Source: Cycas panzhihuaensis
Taxonomy: Eukaryota; Plantae; Cycadophyta
Assembly (NCBI GenBank): GCA_023213395.1
Contig: CM041465.1
Span: 188,859,741-188,923,740 of the forward strand
DNA: 64,000 bases
Reading direction: 5' to 3'
Shown piece after piece: positions 1 to 12,800 of the stretch. The notes below the pieces were generated by a model that saw only the letters and a program-made list of their open reading frames with translations, ran no database searches and was not told where the DNA came from. The position numbers and the translations under genes were made by a program. Within the stretch, counting starts at the first letter, position 1, and each line of letters opens with the position of its first letter.

Positions 1-364
1 TGGAAACGTCATGGTAAGAGCTCAAAATTAGGGCATGAATGGGTCATACAAATCAAATGAGGCTTGAGGTGATGTGGAGGTAGCGCAGAGGGTTGTAAAG
101 TGCCATGGGGATGCCTACCTTACAGAAAGGTAGGTCTCACTGGGTCGTCATAGGCTCACAATACGACAAGTAGCATGATCAAGCCAAATGGATGCAAGGT
201 GATCATACAAATGAAGCAGTCAGTCATGTAATGAGGCAATACTTCTGTCAACCTTTCCAAAGAAATAATATAAATGAAAAGGAAGAAGCATACCTGTGCT
301 TACCTGAATTGACCTATCCATATCCATTTCCGATAGCTGGGAAACTGTAACCAACATGACCACA

Positions 365-1630
365 TTCTATTTGGTTATGTCACTAGTGGCCTAATTTAAC
401 TAGTCTGTTTACCAAATGGATGTGAAGAGTGCTTTCCTTAATGGAGAACTTAAAGAAGAAGTTTTCTTGAAACAACCCCCAACTATGCTATCCTAGACTA
501 AGAACACTTAGTCTATAAACTCAAGAAAGCCCTATATAGACTCAAGCAGGCACCACATGCCTAGTACACAAAGATTGATACCTTTTTTCACATAGCATAG
601 ATTCAATCATTTACCCTCTAACCCAAACCTATACAATCAGATTAGAAATACTTTGATCATAATCATTATTTTTTATGTGGACAATCTTGCAATCACTGAC
701 AATAACACTAAAGGCATTACTTGGCTTCAATTAAAATTAAAAAGCAACTTTAAAATGGTAGATCTTAAGTTGATCTATTACTTCCTTGGAATTGAAGTTT
801 GGAAAGAATTGGGACACATCTTCCTAACTTAAATAAAGTGTGTTAATGAGCTCTTAAAAAGATTTAGGATGATAAAAAAATAAGCCAGTTCCAATTCCTA
901 TGGAGATAGGAACCAAATTAAACCTAGATGAACAAGCAAAGTCTTTCAATCCCACTTTGTACTGGCAGTTAGTTAGGAGCCCCATTTATCTCACCCATAC
1001 TCAACCAGATATATCATATGCAGTAGGAATCTACTCTAGGTACATGTCACAACCTAAAGCATTACATTAGAAAGTTGTACCCAGATCCTTAAATATATTT
1101 ATAGTACACATCAATTTAGTCTTGAATATAACCAAACCGACTCCCCCATCTTAAAAGGACACATAGATGCTAATTAGGCAGGTTGTCAAGATACTCGCCA
1201 CTTAACTTCAAGTTATTGCTTTGACATGAACTTAGTTGTAATCTTGTGGAGTTGTAAGAAGCAACCAAATGTTGCTCTTTCCTCCATCGAAGTAGAAAAC
1301 AAAGCAATTATCCATGCCATAATATAGTTGATTGAGCTTAGAAGGATTCTCATCGAGCTTGGACTTCAATAGCATACACTCATCATCCTCTATTATGGCA
1401 ATCAAAGTGTGTTGAGGATGATAAAGAATCCTATATTTTATGCTAAAACCAAGCACATTGAGGTATCACTTCATTTGTAAGCATGTTTAAAGTGAAGAAG
1501 TTGATCTCATCTATCGACCAATTGAGGATTAGGTTGCATACATCTTCACTAAAGTGCTTGGTAAACCAAAGTTTAAGCAGTTTTGACATGACCTCAACAT
1601 CAGAAAAAATGAAGCTGCTATTAAAGGAAA
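365..1630 (+). mobile_element. Degenerate Ty1/copia RT-RNase H remnant (5' truncated)
   Basis: Reads [17 protein letters not shown] (~413), KLKKALY.LKQAP, YVDN (eroded YVDD, ~674) and KTKHIE (~1444), with many stops. A purine tract at ~1622-1631 is followed by a probable 3' LTR to ~2020. Confidence 0.9.
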
Positions 1631-3399
1631 GTATTTAAACTTTGTAATATCACCTTCATTTGATGCAAATTTACGTTTATTTTGTGCATATTGTAACAAT
1701 ATATGACCCTCAATGTAAATTTAATCTTATTATACAATTAGGTTAGGTCTGCTATATGTGTCGCTTAGTTGGCTAATTGTAATCGTTGAAATATTAATAG
1801 GTTGCTTATAAATTAAGCCCTGTATTATTCTTTTGTATATTATCTTAAAGTATATGTGGAAGCTCTACCCAAATTGAGCCCCACGTGATGACAAATTCAC
1901 CCGTTCGCTTTGATTATTAGTTCTGCTCTTGTTGTTCACTTGTTTTCTATACTATTTTGATATTATAGCTTGATCTTTAATCAGTAGCATATGATTTATA
2001 GATCTTGGATGATTTTCACATTATGGACTCAACATCTTAAGAGAGAGAACTTGCTACGTAACTGCTTGTTAATTGTGGAGCTTGATGACCATCACATGTG
2101 AATAAGTAACTAACTTGTTAATGTTGGCTATTAACTTTAGTGCATGGGCCATTTAGTCCCACTAATAGGATTGCAACCTACTTTTTACACTAATAAGATT
2201 CTATATAAAGTGGTCATCATTGCCTATTTAAGGCCTAAAAAATGTACATAATTCATTTTGTTGAAATAATATCGAGAGATCATACTTATTTATATATTCA
2301 ATTTACTTATCTTTGCTAAAGTGAATGACCTAAAATATTATATCAGTCTTTTGATCTATAAATTTACTGTTGCATAAAAAGAATAATTAAGAAAGACACA
2401 GTCTAGTGGTTTAGGGTTACAACCTTAATTAGGGGATCTTAAGGGCCAAAGGTTATAATACCTTTTTGGCCCATGGTTTTGTACCCATTGTATTATAATC
2501 CTCTTAATTAGTTTCTTGTAGATTTATGTCTAAATATATTTCTATAATGATATATGTAAAAAGGTTTTAGAGGATTGTGAGTTGGGGTTTTACTATATAA
2601 TTATTTAGCAATTGATCTATTTAATAAAATGGTCTATCATTAAACTCAAATCTCATTATTATTTTTGCTAATATGCTTAGATTATTTATTTTGTAGTATT
2701 ATATATTTTATCATCTCATTATTTCTCTATTATATTTTCTTCAAGAAGGAGGAATCCACTTTGTAAGAGTTACAATGCTTTTATTTTGGGCTGTGGATCT
2801 TATTTTAAATGGGAAAAAGTCACATTGGTCACTTAAGGAACACTTATGAGAAATGCCATTTGCAAGGAGGAATGCCTTAAGGAATGACCTAGAATGATTG
2901 CACTAGGGAATGGCTCTATAAACACTTGGAATGACTTATATAGGACTCTAGTCTGAAATGGCTCAAGGAATGACACTAATATAGGTGGAATGACTTCCAA
3001 AATGACTTATATAATGACTATTTCTAGGTACCTTTTTCTTAGTTTTATGGCTTCCTTCATTGAATTATTTCCAACTCTTTAGTTGTATTCTTCCTTTATA
3101 TCTCTAATGGCTACATAATTCTCTCCTTTCCTCCTCTTTGCAACATATCAAGTAACTCAAGTTGGAAAGAAACTATATGGGAAATTTAGGCCTATAAGAA
3201 TAAGGTTTTATTCAGACAAGAAGAAGTCTTATTGTAGCCATAATTAGCATACATTAAGAAAGGCATTACCATGGGGATGAGAAGGCTAAGGGATGCCAAA
3301 AAACCATGACATGATATAGCAATAAATACATAAGTGAATAAAAAACATTATGAGTTTCCTGTGGTGATGATGTAAATTTAGGAGGCATGGAACATTACC

Positions 3400-3960
3400 A
3401 GATTAGTCCAAATCATGACAATAGTAATTGCAAGTATGATCACACATGTAGTGGAGTAAAAAGGAGAGATATTGATCAAATAAGGATATTAAATGGATTT
3501 TATTTGTAACTATGTGTAGTCATAACATATACGCTATGGCCCTTCATCATTTAAAAGATATATAAACAAGAACTGGAGAATGGTCATCTACTAAAAAAAG
3601 AAGCATATATGTAGCTTGAAATCTCAATCATAGAGTTGAAATTTTGTAAATAATATTTTAAAGTAAAATAATACAATGTATTTAATTAAAAATAAAATAT
3701 GAAATATAGTGGAGTGGGGTACCTTAGCAACACTGTTATCAAGTGGCACACTCCAACAAAGATTGATCACATGGATTGGAGTTACCTCCCAATATTAAAG
3801 CATAAATAAAGTCGAACCAAAGTGATAATATTCAAAGTACTTTTGCTAGAATAATATTGCATCGAAACCTCTTGACAAAAGAAAAGTTGGTAGTTGAGCA
3901 TTCCTATGAGTTGGAAGTCAATTATGAACTAGGAAGAAAAAAGCTTATCGTGGAGTTGAA
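3400..3960 (+). mobile_element. Highly eroded gypsy integrase C-terminal relic
   Basis: LELPPNIKA at ~3776-3802 resembles the segment after the GPY/F module. The rest is barely recognisable. Confidence 0.35.
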
Positions 3961-5366
3961 AATATCTCGCAACACGAATAACAACTACTCTAGCATTTGA
4001 GGTATAAAAGATATGAGATGCTGAGTAATATTTTGACTCAGCTAGAGTTACTTCACTTCAATGGATGTATAATAGCAACAACTAGATGGATACCATTATC
4101 ACCATGATTGGAATTGATTAGGTGTGGAGGCACTGCATAATTCTTATCTTACTGTTTAATTTTTGAATTAATAGCTTTATCCTTTTTATGTGACTAAGGA
4201 AATCACAAAAATTCCATAATTTCCTTGTAACAAGGGTTTAAACCCCTTTGGTAGGGCTTGAAGGATGTAATGCCAATCCTCATTTCTTAATAGAGTTAGG
4301 TGTCATCAAGCTTGCCATCATAAGGCCCGACCCACTTCCCATCTTGACACATATTTCCAAGACAAAGATGTAACAACTTTCTCACCTCTAAGAATAATCC
4401 CCACCTCAAACCACTCTTTTGTGGTACAATAATTGAATCAAAATGAGCCTGGGGCCAAAATGTCCCATCACCCTATGCATTGGACCCCCATTTGTGCCCC
4501 ATCTTTGAAAGCTCCATTTCCTCCAATGATTGAACCTCACTTGCATGACTTTGAGCCAAAATGCGAACACCTTGCTTAATCTTGCACCTTTAACTTCTCT
4601 TCCCCCCTCTTCTTACACAATAATTTAATCTCACTACAACCTCCTTACAAAATAGAAAAAAGCTAAAAGTCGCTTGTGCCGAGCAAATGGCTCTATTATT
4701 AATCAATTATAATCGATGGACTTTGGGACTTAAGAGCAAGGGGAGGAAGAGGCATATTGCACATACGTGTTGGTGTGCCATACGGACAACAACATTATAC
4801 GTGATTTCGTTATCCAATGTGCAGAGGGATTCCTCCGCTGCTCCCTAGTTAATGCATTATTATGTAATCCGAACCAACGGAGGTAGGTGTTTAGTGCTAA
4901 TATTAAATGCTAGTGCTCTTCTAGCCGTACGCCATGTGGCCGTTCGGGCAAAACGATACCCCAGACAATCGTCGTCAGAAGAATCTCCGTCCATCTATAT
5001 GTAATATTCCGAATATTACACGCGGTAAGCGTGGATTTGTGCGTCGTAGATTCCAAAGAGAAACCCCGGCCCCGATTTACCCACTTTCCTCCCCTTCAAT
5101 CTTGTCATACTTTTCATGGTAGAATTTTTTTCTTTTTTAACCCAAAGCGTGGGGAGCATACGGTCCGCTGGGAAGGCCCGTGGCCTTAATTCTGGGCGCG
5201 TCCCTCTCCGTTGTAATAAATTAAATGACGGTGGCCTCGGTTGGGCGTCATGTCTTCCGAAATGGCCATCCCTTTCGAATGTGTCATCTCCTTCCGTCGT
5301 CCCCACACCCCACATGAAATGAATCTGCGAGTGCGTAGCAACGCTAGCTGATATTCCCCGAGGGAC

Positions 5367-5427
5367 AGAGAGAGAGAGAGGGGGGCAGAGCATCGGTCCT
5401 TCGGCTACTTTTTTTTTTTTTTTTTTT
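5367..5427 (+). promoter_or_regulatory. (AG)7 GAGA element and T19 tract upstream of the FLZ start codon
   Basis: (AG)7 at 5367-5380 and T19 at 5409-5427, typical of plant core promoters and 5' UTRs. Confidence 0.5.
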
Positions 5428-5556
5428 CACTTTGTAAGATCTGGGGAAGATTTGGTGGATGGTCTGTGGTAGGATCGTCTGCTTGCTATCTGGGTAGGCC
5501 GTCATGCGGTGAGTACTGCAAAGAAGATCAGGGAAGGCGAATTAGAGGTAATCATC

Positions 5557-7349
5557 ATGCTGGGGAAGAGAACTCGTGCACTGCAGAGAACCACCAGCAG
5601 TTCGCACATAGGAATGGACTCGTCGTCACTGCAGAACCGGGACAAGCAGAGGCCTCCTGCAATGACGGTTCCCGCGGCCCGTCAGATAATAATTGGTTAC
5701 AATGTTTCCAAAGAGATGGACGGCGAGAAGAAGGTTTCGACGGCGTCCGAAGCGATCTCTCCCCGTTCGGGGCTTCAATGCCTGCTCACAGACGTCGTCG
5801 GGAAGAAAGAATCGGGGGAGACGGCCTGCAAGAGCGTCGGGCTGAGCATTGTGATAGAGAGCTGTTGCGATAAACATGGCGGATCGCAGCCGGGGCAGGC
5901 TCTGAGGAGCCCTGGCGTGTCGTCGAATATAAATCACGCCCGTGGTTTTGACGCCCCTCCCACCGGTTCCTCCCGCCAGAGCAAACCGCAGATCGTGAGT
6001 AAATCCATGCTGTCTCCGCGGTGCAGGGATTCGGGTAATGGTTATAAATGCGTTCCGAGTCCGACCGGGCCTGTTTACAATAACGTTCTTCCCGCGCCTC
6101 TGCCGGCAATTGATTTTCTGGATGCTTGTTATCTCTGCAAACGACGCCTGGGCCCGGGCCGAGACATCTACATGTACAGGTAATGGGTTTTTATTAATTC
6201 CCACAATCCTTGAAAGAACGGAAAGTTTGAGAACCACTTCACACACCGGCACTACTCTTCAGAGATCGATCCCGGCTTGAATGCCGGGTTGGTTCTCGAA
6301 ACCTGCTGAATCGTCCAGAGGCCGATATATTCCGATCGCAGTGTTCTGCTGGTGAATATACGCTCCAGGGAGTACGTTTCAATAAGGACGCCGAAGCCTT
6401 TGTAGGACTCGGCCTTCGAGCTTTGGTCCGTTTTCTGTGCTTTTATCGAGTCCTGTGAAATTTTGTGCCAAAGGGGTCTGCGGATGGCTCTTTGGTTTCT
6501 TTCGTGTTGGTGATTGGTGATTTCCAGTCCGGTGGTTTGGAGGGTTGTCGTCTTGTTGTCAGAACTGAATCAGGCATCTGTTGATCCCGACACAGCATCT
6601 GGCCTTGGCGAATTTTAGACATAATCTTGTTGTTGTGCGAGTCAAATAAAGCTAGGCGAAACAGTATGCTGCCAATGGATAAGGGCTGCTGTATAATCTC
6701 CCCTCATAAATACGTTATAGTGTCTCCTGGGTTTTAGGATTTCGTGTATAAACCGGAACCAGGTCGAGAATGGGAGCTAAACTTGGCCGATTTTGTGAAG
6801 CCATTTTTGGGTCAAATCCCAGGCTCGGTCTTATCGTCTGCGCGACGAGGTCTGGTTATCTACAATGAGTGCTCCTCCACGGAACACACACGTTCGAATC
6901 TCTGTGGACACATTTCGTTGTAAAATTAACATTGATTATGACAGTAGTTACATGTGGGGCAGGCGAGAAACGGGTGTGAAATCGAGGGATAAGATCCCCG
7001 GGGGTGGGGGGGTCGAGGAAGTTAAAAATAAAGCAAATCATAAATAAAATAAGAGGGACTGCTAGCTGCATAGAATTAGCGTGACGTGGCTATAAAGAAT
7101 TAACATGACGTGGCAATAGGCATTTTCATTGGTCTGAATGTTATTGTCGTACGCTGACTGGCGTTGTTTGGATGCAGAGGCGATAAAGCGTTTTGCAGCG
7201 TGGAATGCCGATGGAAACAGATATTGACGGATGAACGCAGGGAAAAATGCGCATCGGCTGCGCTCAAGCCGGTTTCTGCTAAACCTTCTCGTCACGCCAA
7301 TGAACATCGAAGCCGAGTGGAGGACAGAGGAATGGCGACTGCCGCGTAG
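5557..7349 (+). CDS. FLZ: FCS-like zinc finger (zf-FLZ/DUF581) protein, 264 aa; join(5557..6179,7178..7349)
   Basis: ATG 5557 gives MLGKRTR..RTTS, a typical FLZ N-terminus. Donor AG|GTAATG at 6180, branch CTGAC ~7154, acceptor TGCAG|7178. Splicing restores CYLC-X18-FCSVEC ([29 protein letters not shown]). TAG at 7347-7349; the 795-nt CDS is in frame. Confidence 0.96.
6180..7177 (+). other. 998-bp GT-AG phase-2 intron splitting the FLZ domain at MYR/GD
   Basis: Canonical splice sites at the position where FLZ genes characteristically have their intron. Confidence 0.93.
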
Positions 7350-8559
7350 GATTTTGTACCAAAGCTTCGCAACATAAATATATACATATATTATGACGTC
7401 TTCGGCTTGGTAGAGTAATAGAGTGGGAATTTTTAACGTAGCGGAAAGCAGAGTGGTTCTTTTACTGCAAATAAAGCCTCTAAGTTGGGGGTTTTTTTGT
7501 CCGCTGTCTGAAAATCTTTCTGCTAAAACGGCAAAACAGTTGGCTGTGATTCCATTCCACGTGGCAGCTTTTCTATCGTAGAGTAGAGGCCTCCGTGTCA
7601 CCCTAAGACTCTCGTGGTTATTATAATAACTCAGCGATGATATTTTGCACGAGCTCAACCCTTGTGAAATGTAAAAGAAAGGAGCTGAGGTACATGTCAG
7701 CTACTGGTAGCTGTAGAGGGCGATTTTGCATCACAGAGAAATAATTATCAATGAAATCACTTACCTGCAAAAACGCAGGGGATTATAATGATGTACTGTC
7801 GCCTCTGCAGACGATATTTTTATGGTCTGTGCACGTACGTGATTGCAGAATAAGACGTGTATTCCTATGAACGTTTAAATACAAAATATTTGTGGTTTTT
7901 TGTTGCAGTTTCAGGGTTCATTGTATGCACCACGCACGAGCAAGGTGCATTTGCGACACATGCTTATGATGATAGTGACGTCCTGACGGTATGTTAAGCG
8001 TCAAATTAGATGACACGTTTGTAACACGTAGGACACGATGACCATTACCCTCAGACATGCAACGAAGCGCACTGGCTGAGTCCTATAAACCTTTGGGAAA
8101 TAAATGAGATAAACGTGCATACATATTTTGCTAATGTTGTATTTGACTGATGGATCTTAAGCTTAGGTAAGTTAATAGCTGCATTTAGCATGAAGGATCT
8201 CGTTAAGGGTTATTAGAAGTTAGCTACTTTGAAGAATCCCTAGATATAGACATATAACAGATATGTAGTCTATAATAATTGTAAAAGAGAAAAAAAAGTG
8301 AATAAAGGGAAGAAAATTGTTTAATCTTTTCCAAAAATAATTGCCAATCTTTCACAACTATTATGTTTAGATCTACTCTACCCCAACCCCCATTGGCTCA
8401 GACAATGCACAAGGCATGCAACAAGAATATTGATATCCTTCTGATCATTTTTCTAAGTAGGAGTCTAAGTGGGAGGAAGAAGCCATAAGTCCTCCATTCA
8501 CTGTTGCATATAATATATTAATTATAAGAATGTTTTTTCTTCTATATGGTAATCACAAT

Positions 8560-9800
8560 GACACCATTTATTTTAAAAAATCAAAAATTTGACTTGGGAT
8601 ATGAGTTTTTATGCATTTTGTGTTGGGAATTAGTAGTTATGCCTCCTTGAATTATTATTGCTTTATCTAGATGAATTCCTTTTAAGATACAATCTTCATC
8701 ACTTGAAGTTTATATCCACCAACCTTGCATATTAATTTATAAGGATTTTCCAATATACCTAACTTGCTAGTTGAGTTCAATTACGAGTCATTCTGAGTAT
8801 GGATTTCACTCATCTTAGTCTTTTTGGGCATGCCTTCCACTTTTTTGCCTTGGTTGAATATTATGTATTTCTTTGGCCCTATGTCATTTATATCACTTCT
8901 TTGATTATAACTCGTGTAAATTATTCCAAAATGTTGCATTTCCATATATAATTATAGAGTGTGAGTAAACCATTATCATTTTAGAAAAGTTTCCGTCTTT
9001 AGCGATTCTAGGCCTATATCCAAAAATATGCCATTTGAATGAAAATTGTTTGGAATGCCATCTACCACATGATATTCATTATGAATGTTTATATGACCAC
9101 AAGATGTGGTTCAATATGTCCTTTGCTTCTATGGATTGGGGATATTAGAATGATTCCATGCTATTCTCTATTTTAAAGGCGTCTAGTTATTGGCCTTTCC
9201 TCACTGCTAACCCTTGATTGCAATATGTTATCTTTAAGTAAGCCTAGTGTGGACCATATACCTTAAAATCATCACTTATGGCTATTATTTGCTAATAATG
9301 TGATAAAGCACTACGACAAAGAAATGATGGGTAAGTTGAGAATGACTCTCCTTCCTCCCATTTGTTAACGTCTTTAAGGCCATACATTTAATTTGGTGTT
9401 GATTTTTTTGGTACCTCTAAATTGCAAACCCCAATAGATATTTTATTATTATAGAACAATTAAGGCATGCCCTCTTCTTTGGAATGAGTTTTATGTCCAA
9501 ATGCCTAGAATATATTGTTTGAATCTTGGAGGATACCTTTACTTAGTAGTTAAGGATTTGTGCTTTTGAGATTTTTCATGGGAGGCTTCACTAAGAAGCT
9601 TTAACCATCCATATGATGGTATTAATGAATGATTTCTATGTTCATATTTATTTAGTATTTAATGATAACTTTAAATCTCTTATGTTTCTAATCCTAGAAT
9701 GTGTTAGTAGAATTTTGTGCCTATTTCCATGATATACAATGCTAGGGAGAGTTGGCAATTACCCTATCTTAAACCCATGGAGGTGTCAAAAGAATGAGTT
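8560..9800 (+). mobile_element. Very old non-chromoviral gypsy (Athila/Tat-like) pol relic
   Basis: Eroded motifs: YLDEFLLRYN (~8665, like FLDGFSGYNQ), GYY (~9280) and FGVDFFGT (~9392, like WGIDFMGP). Confidence 0.4.
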
Positions 9801-12800
9801 TGCCTCATATTTATTAAAATAGTGAATTTTGTGGTTTTAAGAGATTATCATTCCTACCTAACACAATAATGGGTGTTGCATATCCATCACTAATAATGTT
9901 ATGATTAAATATAGCTAATATCATATGCATGCTTGATAAGTCAATTTTGTACAATAGACTTGTTAGATGACTTTAACATGTGTATCACTTCTATGATGAT
10001 AGTTTTATTGTCCCATGTGATTTATCTTTAATCAAAGTTCATTATTCCTTAACTACTAACATTGAAAATGTTTACTATTTGCTTGCTCTTATAAATATAA
10101 TATACAATATGTACTAAATACCTCGTGTAAGACTTACATTCATAATAAGGATTCTTTACCAACATGTTGTTATAGAATGCATAATGCATAGCTTTAATAC
10201 TATTAAGGAATTGATGAAAATATTATATATTCCCTAAAAAGATTGCCTAAACAAATTTTCCAACACTAGAAATTATTATATTTTAAATTATATCATCAAT
10301 CTCATATTGTTTTATGTAAAAAACAAAAAATTAAAAACACCAACTTTATGAAATTCCTTGTGATTTTTTAACGTAAAAGTAAAAAGACATGCTAGTGGCT
10401 GTACCATAAAAGCTCCTAGTAAATAACCCATTTTGCAGAAATATTAAAAGTAGAAAATCATGATTTTTCAAATTCTTAGTTACTACTTTGTACAAATAAT
10501 AAATATGTTTTTTAATATTATTACTTTCAAATAAAATTTTCATATGGTTACAATAACGATGATAAAATATGATCTTATTAAAATTTTTCATTTTTAATTA
10601 AAATTTTTAATTACTATTGCATATATTATGTCGATGTGAGCCTTTTAATAGAGATCCATAAATCCAATCCTTAAATAGCCCATTTATAAGCCTAATAAAA
10701 AATAAAATAAGAAAGAAATAAAAACAAATAGAGAAAAAAACACATTAGGGTTGTTGATAGAATAACCATCACTGACTTTTGATTACTAAATCATTTATTT
10801 GTTTAGAAAAAAGAAAGGTAAAAGTAACATGGAACTATTTAAGACTTTGTGGTCTCATTAAGTATTTATGTAATAAAAACACATAGAATTGGTATGCGAC
10901 TCACCTTATTAATAATTTCAAAACTAGTGGTTTTTAATGTGCACTATGTATCACCATCGCATGTAAATTTTGATAATAAAATAAGAAATATAAGTATATA
11001 ATTCATATATTTTTTTCAAATTGTCTAAAATTCCCAATAAATATTTATATACACTAAGTATCCTTGATATGTTTCTTTATAAGAGATGAAGATAGATGAT
11101 TTATATCTTTTCTTATGACAAACAAGCTAAATTGCCTAATGGAATTTACCTCCAACTTTTTCAAACTTATCATAAGAACTACCATCGAGATAGGGCACAT
11201 GGTATGAATGTTAGAGAAATTCAATAATGAAGTTAAAACACATACTCTTGAAAAACATAGCCTCATAATAGAGGTATCACATCATGCATAAATCTTCTAT
11301 CAGTATCCTTACACTATATATAACTTTATACTTTGTGCCAGATATTTGCATAATGGCTTCATATAATATATTGCATTACACTATGTGAAAATTCTAGTAC
11401 AAAATCAAACTACTAGCATCTTACCACACTTGATTTACTAAATGCTAAATTCATAGATTTATACGATCATACAACTTTTTATAAACTATTGATTACAAAC
11501 TTAAAGAATAATTGCTTAAGATTTTTGTTTCAAAACTAGTTCCCAATTAGATAAAATACCTCTCCCTAGTCTACATGGGAACATAGATCATGTATCTGGA
11601 GATTTTTTCCACCAAAGAATGTATGTACTTAAAAAGTTACACATTTTTAAAATTTTGTCATTATGATTATAATAAAAAAAATGTTTACCTAAAACAACTA
11701 TGCTGCATTCTATTTTGGGTAAATAGTCAAGAAGTTGATCTTAGGTTCAAAGTGGTTAGAGTGGTTGAGAAATATTTAAGACAACTTTATCACGTAGACA
11801 CACTCTAAAAAGAAATTTTCTTCTACATGGGTGTAGATTACTCTCACACTACTCTACTTAAATTAATAATCAAACGATTTATTAAAGTTAAAAAATTTCT
11901 TACAAGATGACAATTTTTAGAATTTTTGCTCCCTGCTAAAGGGATTCTATCCTCATTCATACCATGTAGCCCTCCTTTTAATTCTTTCTCTTCCTTTGAG
12001 TAATCTAGTTTACTTTCATTATGATGGATACTTAATTTACATAATTTTATATAGGTTCAATTATTTGGCTTTTAAAGTATCCATTTTCATGCATCATATG
12101 CATATAGGCCTTGGTCATAAAGCATCATAATTATAAACATGGAATGTTTCAAAGTGCATCCCATATCTAATGGGGTACGAAAAGCTCTCATTTTATAATA
12201 AGGGATATGTTATAATATTTAAAACTTAAATAAATGAAATATAAAGTAATATATACACATCATATATATGTGAGGTATTATATTCACTCCCATTTAAAAA
12301 AAGCATAATCTCTAATGAGACTATGCCATGTAAATAAATATAAGTATTATTGTTGCATAGTCTTTGCAAGTTCTCATGTAGCTATATTTACTTGTAAGTA
12401 CCTTTATTAGAGCTTTATCTGCTCTATGATTTAATTTTGTAATATCTTTTGTTACGATCCCAACCTACAAATTTCACTCTAAATAGGCGATAAAAGAGTA
12501 TAAATAGATCTTTTATTATTGCAACAACCCATGTTATATTCATAATATGAAAGGGTACAAGAAAGCTTAAAGGACACCAAAAAAGAAGATGTACACGAGT
12601 GCACTCTTATAAGAGGAGATTGTTATATAAAGGATTTCTTTATAAATGTATGACCTTAAATAGACAAAAGTGGTCGTTATTCCCTATCATTCTATTAGAG
12701 GACCATGTGGCATTTAATCCTATTGGTGGAGGTATAGGGCTTGCATATACTTATTAATAGATGATATTAACTTTTATTACCTTAATCATATAGTTAGATG

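Larger units (their letters stand above)
4650..8120. promoter_or_regulatory. CpG-rich island covering the FLZ promoter, gene body and 3' flank
   Basis: CG dinucleotides are abundant here and nearly absent in the flanking TE DNA. Boundaries are approximate. Confidence 0.75.

Noticed and set aside
5509-5556. 16-aa N-terminal extension of FLZ in the ORF track
   Set aside because: It starts at GTG; the family-typical MLGKR start is ATG 5557.
4934-7658. Overlapping and antisense ORFs around FLZ (e.g. 5016-5393, 5626-6252, 7062-7658)
   Set aside because: Expected shadow ORFs in GC-rich DNA, with no recognisable domains.
10250-12000. Possible hAT/DNA transposase relic
   Set aside because: Only vague motif resemblance, in inconsistent order, with no TIRs or TSD.
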